In this document: positions 19,055-29,717 of the stretch, piece after piece
Position numbering within the stretch: the stretch's first letter is position 1
Layout of the letters: every line of letters starts with the position of its first letter
From: Candidatus Levyibacteriota bacterium
GTDB lineage: Bacteria > Patescibacteriota > Microgenomatia > Levybacterales > GWA1-39-11
Length of the DNA stretch: 64,000 nt
Assembly (NCBI GenBank): GCA_050255815.1
Contig: JBLMVJ010000035.1
Location: 10,727 to 74,726, forward strand
Direction: 5' to 3'
Position numbers and translations under genes: made by a program
Notes under the pieces: generated by a model
Databases searched by the model: none
The model's input: the letters and a program-made list of their open reading frames with translations, nothing else
Told to the model about the DNA's origin: nothing

Positions 19055-19885
19055 TTACTCTACCATGCGGCCAAAGAAGATGCGGCCGGCATCAGTGGCT
19101 ATGACGCGGGAAACTACTACCTTTATAGTCTTATCTATGAGGTTTTCACCGTTTTCTACTACTATCATGGTACCATCAGGCAAGTACCCTACCCCCTGGT
19201 TAGGGCCTTTTCCACGTTGCACTATCTTCACAAAAAACTCTTCACCCGGAACCGCCGTAGTCTTTAAGATATTTGCCATTTCAAACAAATCTATAGACGT
19301 GGCACCGGTTATCCGGGCTTTTTTAGAGAGGTTGTAGTCACATGTAATAATCCGTCCACGGGTCTTTCTGGCATAGCCAATAATCCGTTCATCTACCGGC
19401 TTTTTTCCGTCCTCATCATCTACGTTTAGCATCTTTACCCCGCGCATCTTCCGGAAATCCTCCAGGCTCTTTAAAGCGTTCCTGCCACGTTCTTTTTTAA
19501 CGTCATCTTTAGAATCCGCAATGTTCTTTAATTCATCTAAAACACCGGAAAGGATGACGAAATTACCAATAAATACGCCAATTTTTACCAGGTCAAACAC
19601 GCGGCCGTCTATAATAGCGGATGTATCCAGAATAAAACCGGGATCTTCTTTTTCTTTACTTGACCGTTTTCTGGAAGCAGGCCTGGGGACACTCTGGACT
19701 ACCCGCTTTGCTACTTCTTCAGCAATCTGGGCAACTACTTTAGGCGGAAGTAAAATGCCCTGCACTGCCTGGCGCGCTATCCCACGCGCATTTTTATTAG
19801 ACACTATCACTTCTGGGATCTCCTCCGTGCTTTTACGAGGTTTTTTTACTGCTGTTTTTTTTGTGGATGATTTCTTAACTGCCAT
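19055..19885 (-). CDS. PIN-TRAM domain protein (YacL-like) with a Lys-rich N-terminal extension
   Basis: PIN-like core (FILDTSAIIDGRV...) and C-terminal TRAM-like beta domain (VKIVQRGKGPNQGVGYLPDGTMIVVENG). Confidence 0.6.
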   Translation of the reverse strand: MAVKKSSTKKTAVKKPRKSTEEIPEVIVSNKNARGIARQAVQGILLPPKVVAQIAEEVAKRVVQSVPRPASRKRSSKEKEDPGFILDTSAIIDGRVFDLVKIGVFIGNFVILSGVLDELKNIADSKDDVKKERGRNALKSLEDFRKMRGVKMLNVDDEDGKKPVDERIIGYARKTRGRIITCDYNLSKKARITGATSIDLFEMANILKTTAVPGEEFFVKIVQRGKGPNQGVGYLPDGTMIVVENGENLIDKTIKVVVSRVIATDAGRIFFGRMVE

Positions 19886-20039
19886 ATGTAATTCAGCTTC
19901 AATTATAACACGTAACGTGATATATCGGAATTCAGAATTGAATCCCGTTATACCACGTAGTGGTACAGAAGCAATGCGATTCTATCATAGCTCAAACAAC
20001 GTTAGATTACGTTCTAGTCCTGAGAAGATTCTGAGAATA

Positions 20040-21434
20040 TTAGGAAAGTTTGCTAACCAGAGGTAATAATCCCTTTGCAGTTTCCATGGTCACGGCTTTA
20101 AACCCAAACTTCTTTGCCTCCTTGATACGTTTTTCCAGGTTCATAACCTTCTTAATCTCTCCCAACAGGCCTACCTCTGCTATGGCAGCAGTTTTAGCAA
20201 GCGATTTTCCTTTCAGGGAGCTTATGATAGACAGGCACACTGCCAGGTCTGAAGCCGGCTCTGATATCTTAAAGCCACCTACTACATTTACGTACACATC
20301 ATACTTATCCAGCGGCAGCTTTCCATGTTTCTGCAGGATAGCCAGCAAGAGTTCCAGGCGTTTCTCTGAAACACCGTTTGCAACGCGGCGGGGAAAAGCC
20401 AGGCTGGAATGGATTACTAATGCTTGTATCTCTACTAAAATAGGTCTGCTCCCCTCCATGATAACTGCTACACAAGAACCGGGGGAAGCAACAGAGTCAC
20501 CCATGAACAATTCAGACAAGTCTGTAATTTGTTTAAGGCCATATTCTTCCATACCAAATATTCCCACCTCTGAGGTATCCCCAAACCTGTTTTTAAATGC
20601 CCGTAGAATACGCACTCCGGTCATTTTCTCTCCTTCCAGGTATAACACGGTATCAACCATATGGGACAACATCATAGGGCCTGCCACCATCCCTTCCTTA
20701 GTCACATGGCCTATGAGAAAAACCGGGGTGTGAGTAGTCTTTGCAAAAGCTACAAGCCTACCCGTAGCATGGCGCACCTGGGGAATAGAACCTGCATAAC
20801 CGGGGACGTCCCCACTCTCCATAGTCTGGATTGAGTCAATGATCAGCAGGTCAAAGTGTTCTTGCTGTGCCTGCTCCAGGGCTAAATCTATGTCTGAGGT
20901 AGCTAAGATAAATAAATTTTCCGAGTTAGTTTTCCTGTCTTTTTGCAGCCTTTGTGCCCGGAGAGTAACTTGCGCTTCAGATTCTTCACCGGTAACATAC
21001 AGTATCTTGCGGGTGGCGGGTAGCGAGTGGCTTGTAGTTTTCTCACCACCTGCTACGTGCCCTTTGCTATCTGCCAGGTTAAGCGCCGTCTGTAAAAGTA
21101 TTGTTGACTTACCAACCCCCGGATCTCCTGAAAGTAAGACTACGGAACCGGGGACAATCCCGGCTCTGGCCTCCTCCCCCAAAACTCTATCAAACTCTGA
21201 GAACCCCGTAGAAAACCGCTCTACCAAATTTACTTTCACATCACTTATCCTGGTCGGCTTTGCTGAGGAAACGAATTTGGAACTGTGACTCTTTGCCCCT
21301 CTGCCCCTCTGACTCTCAGAAGTCTTAAACTCTTTCATGGTATTCCATTCCCCACACTCCGGGCATTTTCCGTACCATTTTTGCGAGTCGTATCCGCAAC
21401 TACTGCAGACGAATGAAATATTAGTTTTAGACAT
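20040..21434 (-). CDS. radA: DNA repair protein RadA/Sms
   Basis: N-terminal C4 zinc finger (CSSCGYDSQKWYGKCPECGEW). Walker A GDPGVGKST. KNRFG motif. Lon-like C-terminal domain. Confidence 0.9.
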   Translation of the reverse strand: MSKTNISFVCSSCGYDSQKWYGKCPECGEWNTMKEFKTSESQRGRGAKSHSSKFVSSAKPTRISDVKVNLVERFSTGFSEFDRVLGEEARAGIVPGSVVLLSGDPGVGKSTILLQTALNLADSKGHVAGGEKTTSHSLPATRKILYVTGEESEAQVTLRAQRLQKDRKTNSENLFILATSDIDLALEQAQQEHFDLLIIDSIQTMESGDVPGYAGSIPQVRHATGRLVAFAKTTHTPVFLIGHVTKEGMVAGPMMLSHMVDTVLYLEGEKMTGVRILRAFKNRFGDTSEVGIFGMEEYGLKQITDLSELFMGDSVASPGSCVAVIMEGSRPILVEIQALVIHSSLAFPRRVANGVSEKRLELLLAILQKHGKLPLDKYDVYVNVVGGFKISEPASDLAVCLSIISSLKGKSLAKTAAIAEVGLLGEIKKVMNLEKRIKEAKKFGFKAVTMETAKGLLPLVSKLS

Positions 21435-21439
21435 ATTTC

Positions 21440-21510
21440 CGAGGGAATTTAGAGTCTAGAATTCAGATTTCAGAATTAAATTTTGAATTCTAAATTTTGA
21501 ATTCTAAATT
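21440..21510. repeat. AT-rich GAATTC/AATTCTAAATT repeat tract between radA and the S1 gene
   Basis: TTTGAATTCTAAATT x2 plus GAATTCAGATTTCAGAATT. Similar tracts at 42785-42840 and inside the 23S insertion at 34490-34560. Confidence 0.6.
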
Positions 21511-22596
21511 CTACCGGTATCCTACGAAGGTCTTCGTAACAATAGGAGATAATACAACTACTCTCTTTTTGGTATCAACTTCTACCACTTCTGCACTTAC
21601 AGACTGTCCTGGTTCATAGGTGGTACCTGCAGGAATCTTGCTGGAAGAAATAAATCCATTTACACCGTCTCCCAGTTTAACAGTCACACCCTTTGACCTT
21701 ACATCTGAAACGGTCCCGGTTACTTTCTCTTCCGGCTTAAACTTCTCTGCTGCTTTAGCAAATGAGTCGTTGAGCAGAGATTTTACTGAAAGGTTTACCC
21801 TCCTGTTCTCTGCGTCTACGCTTAACACTACCGCCTCAAATGCATCACCTTTTTTATATAAATCATTTAAGTTCTCTACCCTCTCATGGGAAATCTCAGA
21901 AATATGGATAAAACCTTCGGTAAGTTTTCCTTCTGTTGCCTGCGTAGTCACATACACACCATATGATGCAACCTGGGAAACAGTTACCGGCACTTTTTTA
22001 TCTTTGGGGAAAAGTTTGCGCAAAATCTCTGCATCAGTTACATATGAAACAGCTTTCTGGGAAAAAATAGCCCTCTTTTTTGTTTTGTCAGACTCAATAA
22101 TTTTTACTTCTATAGTTTTGCCGCTTAGGTTCTCTCCGTCAAGCACCTGTGAGTTAGGAAGAAAACCGCGGATGCCATTTTCTGCTTCAACAAAAAATCC
22201 GCCGCGGGTAGGTTCTAAAACTTTCACGCTTACGGTCAGGTTATCTGCCAGTGCCTTGTCTAAATTAGAGAAAATGAGGTTGCCCAGCGTACGGCGCAGA
22301 GAAACAACAGGAAAACCCTCTTCTGCTTCAGGAGAAATAACAACAGCTTTTACTTTTTCTCCTACTTTCAGCATGGAAAGCAGGTGGTTGAGGTTATTTT
22401 TATCAACTTCCAGAACTAATGCATCTGATTTTGCACCAATATCTAAAAGGATTTCTTGGGGAGTGAGTTTTTTAACGGTTCCTTCTACTTCCTCACCTTT
22501 TTTAAACACCTTAAAACTTGAGGATGACCTGGCCATGAGCTCAGCCATGGAAGAAGCATGTCCTGGATTAGATGCGTTTTTGCTTGAAGTTGGCAC
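21511..22596 (-). CDS. rpsA: S1 RNA-binding domain protein (ribosomal protein S1-like, four S1 repeats)
   Basis: Repeated S1 folds (GTVKKLTPQEILLDIG..., GKTIEVKIIESD..., GFIHISEISHERV..., GTVSDVRSKGVTVKLGDGVNGFI). Confidence 0.7.
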   Translation of the reverse strand: MPTSSKNASNPGHASSMAELMARSSSSFKVFKKGEEVEGTVKKLTPQEILLDIGAKSDALVLEVDKNNLNHLLSMLKVGEKVKAVVISPEAEEGFPVVSLRRTLGNLIFSNLDKALADNLTVSVKVLEPTRGGFFVEAENGIRGFLPNSQVLDGENLSGKTIEVKIIESDKTKKRAIFSQKAVSYVTDAEILRKLFPKDKKVPVTVSQVASYGVYVTTQATEGKLTEGFIHISEISHERVENLNDLYKKGDAFEAVVLSVDAENRRVNLSVKSLLNDSFAKAAEKFKPEEKVTGTVSDVRSKGVTVKLGDGVNGFISSSKIPAGTTYEPGQSVSAEVVEVDTKKRVVVLSPIVTKTFVGYR

Positions 22597-22699
22597 TTAG
22601 TAATTCCCCTTTCATAATTAGAATGATACATTCTACCACAGGAAGAACCTATCCGCAAGGAAATTCCAAAGCTCTTATTTCCCTTCTGATCGATCCCTT

Positions 22700-22752
22700 C
22701 CAATTCCATCACTTGAAACAGAACCCATGAGAAACGAGTGAACGAGCGCCCG
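22700..22752 (+). repeat. Conserved intergenic element, copy C (diverged): CCAATTCCATCACTTGAAACAGAACCCATGAGAAACGAGTGAACGAGCGCCCG
   Basis: Aligns with copies A and B. Followed by a second GTGAGTGAACGAG at about 22793-22806. Confidence 0.5.
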
Positions 22753-22881
22753 GAAAGAACACACATGAGGGACTGTTGCGAAGCGGTTCTTTCAGTGAGT
22801 GAACGAGTTTTGAATGGATGAATGGTTCATCGTGATGGCAGTTTTTGCTCAACTTTTTGCTGCCAAAAAGTTGAAAGAAAC

Positions 22882-23343
22882 CTAAATGAACCTAAAAAGA
22901 ATCACGTAGAGGATAAAAACTGTGGCCACTTGTGTCACTATGCCCCACGGCTGGTCCAGGCGGGAATTAATAAGATGCTGCACTTTATACATCCATTTGG
23001 ACCATTGGGAGAATACATTATTAGTCCGCAAAATAAGGTACGGTGCCGTAATCCAGTCAGGCAGCTGGGCGGCAATAACAGAAGCAAACAAAAGTATACT
23101 GTCTGTCCCCCCTAAAACCCCATGGTACAGTACATAAGCTGACAGAAAGCTAATCCCCACGTCTATACCGGATTCTATGACAAGCGCCTGCTTAGTCTTA
23201 TCCCGGTGGTGGAGTCCGGTATCCCAGTGGGGAATTAAATCTAGCGCAAAATGGGAAACAAAAGAGGCTGGGATTGCTACATATGGGTTGTGGAATTTTG
23301 CGGCAATAAGTGCTGCAACTAACGCGTGTCCGGTGGCTGTCAT
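22882..23343 (-). CDS. Hypothetical integral membrane protein (possibly a DUF457/YdjM-like membrane-bound metal-dependent hydrolase)
   Basis: 153 aa, 3-4 TM helices, conserved His/Asp (HFALDLIPHWD). The assignment is tentative. Confidence 0.45.
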   Translation of the reverse strand: MTATGHALVAALIAAKFHNPYVAIPASFVSHFALDLIPHWDTGLHHRDKTKQALVIESGIDVGISFLSAYVLYHGVLGGTDSILLFASVIAAQLPDWITAPYLILRTNNVFSQWSKWMYKVQHLINSRLDQPWGIVTQVATVFILYVILFRFI

Positions 23344-23641
23344 GCGATCAATTATATCAGATTTCAGATAACACTGGTCTTCTTCCCGTCATAATTCTGT
23401 CAAGATTTAATAACTTCAATAAGGCAAAATAATCTTCTATGAACAGCTATGAATTAGGGAAAAACATTGGACAAGCACAGGATAAAGGTATTGAACATAG
23501 GCTTTCTCCACCCAGGCCAGGCATAGAAACAAGAAGAATGACGACAAGGGCTGTAATAGATGTACTATTACTCAGAGAAAGAGGGATTACTCTTGGGAAA
23601 CCTTCTGCCAAGAGGGTTAAATAATCTGCTAAAATATCCTC

Positions 23642-24241
23642 ATGGATCTTTTGATAGGGGTTGTCATCCTCATTTTCTCTGCTATTTTACATGAGGTTAT
23701 GCACGGATGGGTAGCTGATAAGTTAGGCGACCCTACGGCCCGGCTCATGGGGCGCTTGACCCTCAATCCCATCCCCCACATAGACCCGCTCATGAGCGTT
23801 GTCATTCCCATTATTCTGATTCTGGCACACTCCCCTATTATTTTTGGGGCTGCAAAACCGGTCCCGGTAAATCCTATGCATTTGCATGACGGGAAAAAAG
23901 ATTTTGCACTGGTAGGACTAGCGGGTCCGTTAACTAATGCAGTTATTGCAATTATTGCAGCCGGCCTTTTACACATAGTTCCTGCTGATAACTTCATTGC
24001 CTATATATTATCCCTGGTAGTCCTCTATAACCTCATCCTGGCTTTTATCAACCTAATCCCTATCCCGCCACTAGATGGATCACGGGTCATCACATTCTTG
24101 CTCCCTGACGATCTGGCACGCAAGTACCTTTCTATAGAGTCTTTTGGTATTGTCATCTTATTCCTTCTTCTGTCGTTTACTAATCTGGGAGCTGTCCTTT
24201 TCAACCTCATCACCTTCTCCATGCACTTATTAGGTTTGTAG
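23642..24241 (+). CDS. Peptidase M50 family site-2-protease-like zinc metalloprotease
   Basis: HExxH in a TM helix (ILHEVMHGW) and a downstream NxxPxxxLDG-like motif (NLIPIPPLDGSRV). Confidence 0.75.
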   Translation: MDLLIGVVILIFSAILHEVMHGWVADKLGDPTARLMGRLTLNPIPHIDPLMSVVIPIILILAHSPIIFGAAKPVPVNPMHLHDGKKDFALVGLAGPLTNAVIAIIAAGLLHIVPADNFIAYILSLVVLYNLILAFINLIPIPPLDGSRVITFLLPDDLARKYLSIESFGIVILFLLLSFTNLGAVLFNLITFSMHLLGL

Positions 24242-24278
24242 TTGCAAGAAAATACACAGTCTTGTACCATTAGTTCAG

Positions 24279-25529
24279 ATGAAAATTACTGATATCAAAG
24301 CGCTTGAAATCCTTGACTCCCGCGGCAACCCCACCGTACGCACTTTTTTGCAAACTGAGGATAACTCCTGGCATGTTGGATCTGTCCCTTCCGGCGCCTC
24401 TACCGGATCTAATGAAGTCTTGGAGCTGCGTGACAATGATGAGAAGCGGTATGGCGGGAAAGGTGTCCAGAAAGCCGTAGAGAACGTAAATACAAAGATC
24501 AAAGACCTGGTCAAAGACCAGGAAACAGACCCTAAAGAGATAGACAAAAAAATGCTGGAGCTCGATGGTACCGGGGATAAATCAAACCTGGGTGCAAATG
24601 CAATACTGTCAGTTTCCATGGCAGTGACCCACGCTGCCGCACACTCTTCCCACCTGCCTCTTTGGCAATATGTAAGGCAATACTTCTTCCCCAACCTGAA
24701 TAACCTGGAAGCAAATAAATTTCCCCAGCTTATGGTGAACATAGTAAACGGTGGCAAGCATGCAGGCTGGAACTTTGACCTGCAGGAATTTATGGTAGTA
24801 CCGGTCTCCGCTACTCCCTCTGAGAGTATCAGGGTTGCCTCTGAAGTCTTCCATTCACTTGGGAAATTACTGAAGGAGAAAAATCTTTCCACTTTAGTGG
24901 GTGATGAAGGCGGCTATTCCCCTGCTTTAGGTTCTAATGAAGAAGTATTGGATACCATAACAGAAGCAGCAAAACGCGCTGGATATGAAAGAGGAAAAGA
25001 CTACCGCCTTTCTCTAGACTGTGCTGCATCCGAGTTTTTTGAGGACGGCAAATATATATTTAAGAAGGCAAATAAAACGTTAAACGGGGAAGAACTCAGG
25101 AATTATTATAAGGAGCTGGGGCAAAAATATGGAATACTTTCTTTTGAAGACCCCTTTGATGAAGATGACTGGGATTCTTGGAAGGCATTCCAGGAAACTT
25201 CTGGCTCGGAATTCACCTTAATAGGAGATGACCTGTTTACTACAAATCCTGAGCGAATTAAACACGGAATAGAAATGAAAGCCGCAAACGGGGTTTTAAT
25301 CAAGTTAAACCAGATAGGCACGGTGTCTGAAACCGCAGAAGCAATACGGCTAGGAAAAGATGCGGGCTGGAAGATAGCCGTCTCCCACCGGTCAGGAGAA
25401 ACAGAAGATAATTTTATTGCAGATTTAGCTTATGCCAGCAACGCTGACTTTATCAAATCCGGCTCCATGAGCAGATCTGAAAGACTTTCCAAATACAACC
25501 GCCTCCTGGAAATAGAAAAAGGTATCTAG
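24279..25529 (+). CDS. eno: Enolase (phosphopyruvate hydratase)
   Basis: N-terminal ILDSRGNPTV, enolase signature, 416 aa. Confidence 0.92.
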   Translation: MKITDIKALEILDSRGNPTVRTFLQTEDNSWHVGSVPSGASTGSNEVLELRDNDEKRYGGKGVQKAVENVNTKIKDLVKDQETDPKEIDKKMLELDGTGDKSNLGANAILSVSMAVTHAAAHSSHLPLWQYVRQYFFPNLNNLEANKFPQLMVNIVNGGKHAGWNFDLQEFMVVPVSATPSESIRVASEVFHSLGKLLKEKNLSTLVGDEGGYSPALGSNEEVLDTITEAAKRAGYERGKDYRLSLDCAASEFFEDGKYIFKKANKTLNGEELRNYYKELGQKYGILSFEDPFDEDDWDSWKAFQETSGSEFTLIGDDLFTTNPERIKHGIEMKAANGVLIKLNQIGTVSETAEAIRLGKDAGWKIAVSHRSGETEDNFIADLAYASNADFIKSGSMSRSERLSKYNRLLEIEKGI

Positions 25530-25573
25530 ATCCCTTGCTTTATACTTAATACATACTACATAATACTTAATAC

Positions 25574-26203
25574 ATGTCTTACCTGGTTTTAGTCCGTCAT
25601 GGATTATCTGAGTACAATAAAAAGGGCTTATGGACCGGATGGACTGATGTATCACTGGCGCCGGAAGGGATTGAACAGGCTAAAAAAACCGGCGAAGAAT
25701 TAAAAGACATCCGCATAGATTACGCTTACACCTCTGATTTAAAAAGGACCCAGGAAACGTTACACGAAATTCTACAGGTTATCGGCCAGTTTCCGGAAAT
25801 AACTTCAGATAAAGCCTTTAATGAGCGTAATTACGGAATCTACACTGGACGCAACAAATGGGATGTAAAAAAAGAGGTTGGGGAGGAAAAGTTTTTAGAT
25901 ATCAGAAGAGTTTATGATTACTCCATTCCTGAAGGGGAATCTTTAAAGCAGGTTTATGAACGCGAAGTGCCATATTATAAAGCGGAGATTGAACCAAAAC
26001 TCATGGCAGGTAAAAATGTTGTGATTGCATCCTCCGGAAATCCATTGCGGGCGTTGGTTAAATACCTGGAAAATATTTCAGACGAGGACATAGACAAGCT
26101 TGAAATAGGAACAGGCGAAGCATATGTTTACCAGATAGATTCCAATGGCAAAGTAATTAATAAGGAAATCAGAGGTAAAAATCCCATGGCAGGAAAGGTA
26201 TAG
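25574..26203 (+). CDS. gpmA: 2,3-bisphosphoglycerate-dependent phosphoglycerate mutase
   Basis: LVRHGLSEYNKKGLWTGWTD, the His-phosphatase RHG motif; dPGM-like. Confidence 0.8.
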   Translation: MSYLVLVRHGLSEYNKKGLWTGWTDVSLAPEGIEQAKKTGEELKDIRIDYAYTSDLKRTQETLHEILQVIGQFPEITSDKAFNERNYGIYTGRNKWDVKKEVGEEKFLDIRRVYDYSIPEGESLKQVYEREVPYYKAEIEPKLMAGKNVVIASSGNPLRALVKYLENISDEDIDKLEIGTGEAYVYQIDSNGKVINKEIRGKNPMAGKV

Positions 26204-26944
26204 TTACTTCTGAGGTACTGCGGCTTGAATCTCCGGCTTCACCATAGTGTATGGAAGCGTTATGAGTTTATTGTCTGCCTTAATCCGCAGCTCATCCTGC
26301 TTATTAAACTTCACAAATTTCTCAGCAACAAAAACGTTCACATCCCTACCCTCCTTATTAGTACCGGTAACTTTTACCCACTCCTTCTTTCCGTCCTGAT
26401 CATATAATCCTCCATAAACCTCTACCATTTTTAAATCATCAAGCTTAATACCCAGCTTCTCAACATCCTGTTGGGACATAACTGAACCATCCACTCTTGG
26501 CTCTAAATGGAATATAGGAGCTTGGTACTCTGCTTTCGTAGTAATATTTCCGCTAATAGGAATCTCTCCTATGGATCCTCCTCTATAAACTATTCCATCT
26601 CTTCCTGTATTTGGATCCGTAGCTATGGCTTCCGGCCTAGGATCCCCAAATTTATGGCCTTCTGACGCTAGGCTTTCTGCAAGGGCATTAGTATCTGCTT
26701 CCTGCTGTGTAGTGAGTCCTATTTGGGTAATATGGGAGGCTGCAGAATCTATGGTGCCCGCAGCGTCCCCTATAGGTCCTGAGGCAACCTTTACCCCGCC
26801 TATTCCGAGCGCTGCAATAAAAGCTGCTACGGTTAACTTTGCTTTTTCTGAAAAACGAGGTTTCCGGGGGCTTGAAATGTCCCGGGCATTCTCCATTTTA
26901 AAGCTGGGGCGCCTATCCCCTACTGTGTCTACCATACCTACCAT
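26204..26944 (-). CDS. Hypothetical membrane-anchored or secreted protein
   Basis: 246 aa. TM/signal anchor LTVAAFIAALGIGGVKVA. No recognised domain. The true start may be an internal Met. Confidence 0.5.
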   Translation of the reverse strand: MVGMVDTVGDRRPSFKMENARDISSPRKPRFSEKAKLTVAAFIAALGIGGVKVASGPIGDAAGTIDSAASHITQIGLTTQQEADTNALAESLASEGHKFGDPRPEAIATDPNTGRDGIVYRGGSIGEIPISGNITTKAEYQAPIFHLEPRVDGSVMSQQDVEKLGIKLDDLKMVEVYGGLYDQDGKKEWVKVTGTNKEGRDVNVFVAEKFVKFNKQDELRIKADNKLITLPYTMVKPEIQAAVPQK

Positions 26945-26984
26945 CCTACCTTTTTAGCTCTTCCGGTGTCAAGCTGGTAGATAA

Positions 26985-27983
26985 ATGCAGTATAATATTC
27001 CCATGTCTCCCATCATTTCAGTTGACCATCTAGTAAAAACATATAAAGTCCACAAGAAAGACCCGGGGTTTATGGGATCCGTAAAGTCTTTAGTAAACAG
27101 AAAATATGAACAGGTCCATGCGGTAAAAGATATTTCTTTTGAGATAAATCCCGGAGAGCTGGTAGGCTTTATAGGGCCTAATGGTGCAGGAAAAACTACC
27201 ACGCTGAAATGTCTGTCCGGTTTGCTTTTTCCCAGTGCCGGAAAGGTTGAAGTATTAGGATATGAACCTTTCCAAAGAAAAACCCCTTTTCTGAAGCAGA
27301 TTGCCCTGGTCATGGGACAGAAAAACCAGCTCTGGTGGGACCTTCCCCCTACAGAAACTTTTATCTTAAATAAGGAAATATATGAGGTGCCGGAGAAGCG
27401 GTTCAAAGAAACACTGAATGATTTAGTGGAACTCTTAGATGTAAAGGACGTGTTGAATATTCAGGTCCGGAAGTTATCTCTAGGGCAACGCATGAAATGT
27501 GAGCTAATTGCTGCCCTTCTCCACTCCCCTAAGGTTTTATTTTTAGACGAGCCAACCATAGGACTGGATGTAGTAATGCAGAAAAAACTCCGCGACTTTA
27601 TTAAACAATACAATGAAAAATACAACGCCACTATTATTTTGACCAGTCATTATATGGAGGATGTGCGGCAGCTATGTGAGCGAGTCATAGTCATAGACCA
27701 TGGAATGCTGCTGTTTGACGGAAGATTAGACGCGCTGGTGAAAGAATACACCCAGCACAAACTGATCTCTATAGTGTTTGAGAAAAAAGTGGAACGAAAG
27801 GATCTGGAAAAGTTAGGAACAGTACTGGAATATGACTTTCCAAAGGTTATCCTTTCCGTAAACCGCAAAGATTCCAACCAGGCTACTTCAAAACTCCTGA
27901 AAGACTTCCCCGTTGCGGATTTAAATATCCAGGAACCGGATATAGAAGACATCATTAGAGAGGTCTTTTCAAGAAAGAAATAA
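26985..27983 (+). CDS. ABC transporter ATP-binding protein
   Basis: Walker A GPNGAGKTT, ABC signature LSLGQRMK, Walker B LFLDEPT. Confidence 0.9.
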   Translation: MQYNIPMSPIISVDHLVKTYKVHKKDPGFMGSVKSLVNRKYEQVHAVKDISFEINPGELVGFIGPNGAGKTTTLKCLSGLLFPSAGKVEVLGYEPFQRKTPFLKQIALVMGQKNQLWWDLPPTETFILNKEIYEVPEKRFKETLNDLVELLDVKDVLNIQVRKLSLGQRMKCELIAALLHSPKVLFLDEPTIGLDVVMQKKLRDFIKQYNEKYNATIILTSHYMEDVRQLCERVIVIDHGMLLFDGRLDALVKEYTQHKLISIVFEKKVERKDLEKLGTVLEYDFPKVILSVNRKDSNQATSKLLKDFPVADLNIQEPDIEDIIREVFSRKK

Positions 27984-28093
27984 ACCAAGAAATTCAGTAG
28001 AAATAGATAGAAATTCATAGAAACTAAATTGTATTTATTGCTGCACTTCAGTTTCTACCAATTTCAACTAATAGCTACCATTTTCTATGCCTT

Positions 28094-28894
28094 ATGTTGC
28101 GCAGTCTGAAATTATTTTTAGTAGAATGCCAGCTGGTGATTGAGGTAAAAAGCCTCTCCGTAGTGTGGTTTTTAGCCTCCATTTCAGGATCTATCCTTAT
28201 GATTATCTTCTGGACCGGTGTTACCAGCGCAAACGGCGGCTCCATTTCCGGCTGGAACACGGGAAGTTTTGCCACGTACTACCTCCTGGTTGCTCTGGCG
28301 GGGTCTCTCTTTATAGCCCATATAGAAGAAAATGTTTCCTTTCAAGATATCCAAAGAGGTGAGCTCTCTATGTATCTTTTGAAACCCTTCCCTTATTTTA
28401 GGTTTAAGCTGCTGATTGAGCTCCCCTGGCGCTTCATGCAAGGTGCTTTTGCCATTATAAGCATGATTTTAGTATTTCTGCTGGTTCCTCACCTGATCCA
28501 GATCACCCTTTCCCCGGTCCTGCTTCCTATGGCAATTTTATTAGTTTTCAGCGCCTTTTTATTGTCATTTACTTTCAAAATGTGCCTGGGGCTTCTGGCT
28601 TTCTGGTTTACAGAAATCAACTCACTCCTGCAGCTGACTGAAATTATTCTTACCCTCTGCGCAGGCTTCATAGTGCCATTGGTGTTCCTCCCAAATTATT
28701 TGCAAACCCTTTTTAATATCCTTCCGTTCTCTTACATGGTCTACTACCCTATCCTGGCACTTTTAGGAAAACTTAACCCAGACCAAGAAATACGAGTGTT
28801 TGGTATACAAATGTTGTGGACCTTTTTATTCTATCTACTCTATAAATTTCTCTGGAGGAAAGGAAGGCTGAAATTTACTGCCGTAGGACACTAA
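28094..28894 (+). CDS. ABC-2 family transporter permease (paralog 1 of 4)
   Basis: 266 aa, about 6 TM helices, directly downstream of the ABC ATPase. Confidence 0.65.
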   Translation: MLRSLKLFLVECQLVIEVKSLSVVWFLASISGSILMIIFWTGVTSANGGSISGWNTGSFATYYLLVALAGSLFIAHIEENVSFQDIQRGELSMYLLKPFPYFRFKLLIELPWRFMQGAFAIISMILVFLLVPHLIQITLSPVLLPMAILLVFSAFLLSFTFKMCLGLLAFWFTEINSLLQLTEIILTLCAGFIVPLVFLPNYLQTLFNILPFSYMVYYPILALLGKLNPDQEIRVFGIQMLWTFLFYLLYKFLWRKGRLKFTAVGH

Positions 28895-28895
28895 T

Positions 28896-29681
28896 ATGCA
28901 TTACCTAAAGATCTTAAAAGCGCTGATAGTCATTAACACCGCATACGCGTTAGAGTACAAGGCGCATTTTGTGGCCCAGGTTTTTGCAAGCCTGGCCTGG
29001 GGCGTATTTTCCGTGGTCAACATGATCCTTTTGACGTACCGCGTCCACTCTGCTTTTGGCTGGAGCAGGAATGAGCTCATCCTTCTTTCCGTTATGGTTA
29101 ATGTAGTCTATGGCATCCACCGTATGTTGTTTGATGTAAACTTCTGGAGATTCTCCCGGATTATCCATTATGGAGAAATGGACATGGTGCTGTTAAAGCC
29201 CGTGGACTCCCAGTTCCAAATGAGCATGTGGATCATAGATATTAGCGGTATCTTCAGATTTTTAGTTGCCCTAGCGCTCACCTTTATCCTGGTTTTTGCC
29301 ATGCACTTTCCTATTTCTCTGACAAGTGTGTTGATTGCCACTATTTTAAGCCTGGCCGGTGTGGTCCTTCTCTATGCTTTCACCTATATCTTCCTAACCC
29401 TCACCATCTGGTTCTCTAACCTCTCTAACCTGATGGGACTGGTGAATAATATCCTTTCTATGTCCCGGTATCCAAAAGAAATGTATGAAGGATTAGGCAC
29501 CTACTTTTTCTTTTTTCTCTTGCCTTTAATTGTTATAATAAGCACTCCTACAAAAGCTCTCATCCAAAAGGGGAACCTGTTAGATAGTCTGCTTTTAGTA
29601 CTCTTTACTATCCTATTTTTTGCAATCTCAAGGGTGTTCTGGAAATTCGCCCTGCGGTTCTATGTCAGTGCTTCAGGATAA
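28896..29681 (+). CDS. ABC-2 family transporter permease (paralog 2 of 4)
   Basis: 261 aa polytopic membrane protein. 1-nt gap from the upstream gene. Confidence 0.65.
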   Translation: MHYLKILKALIVINTAYALEYKAHFVAQVFASLAWGVFSVVNMILLTYRVHSAFGWSRNELILLSVMVNVVYGIHRMLFDVNFWRFSRIIHYGEMDMVLLKPVDSQFQMSMWIIDISGIFRFLVALALTFILVFAMHFPISLTSVLIATILSLAGVVLLYAFTYIFLTLTIWFSNLSNLMGLVNNILSMSRYPKEMYEGLGTYFFFFLLPLIVIISTPTKALIQKGNLLDSLLLVLFTILFFAISRVFWKFALRFYVSASG

Positions 29682-29717
29682 ACAGGAAATTAATAGATAT
29701 TCATAGAAATTAAGAAA

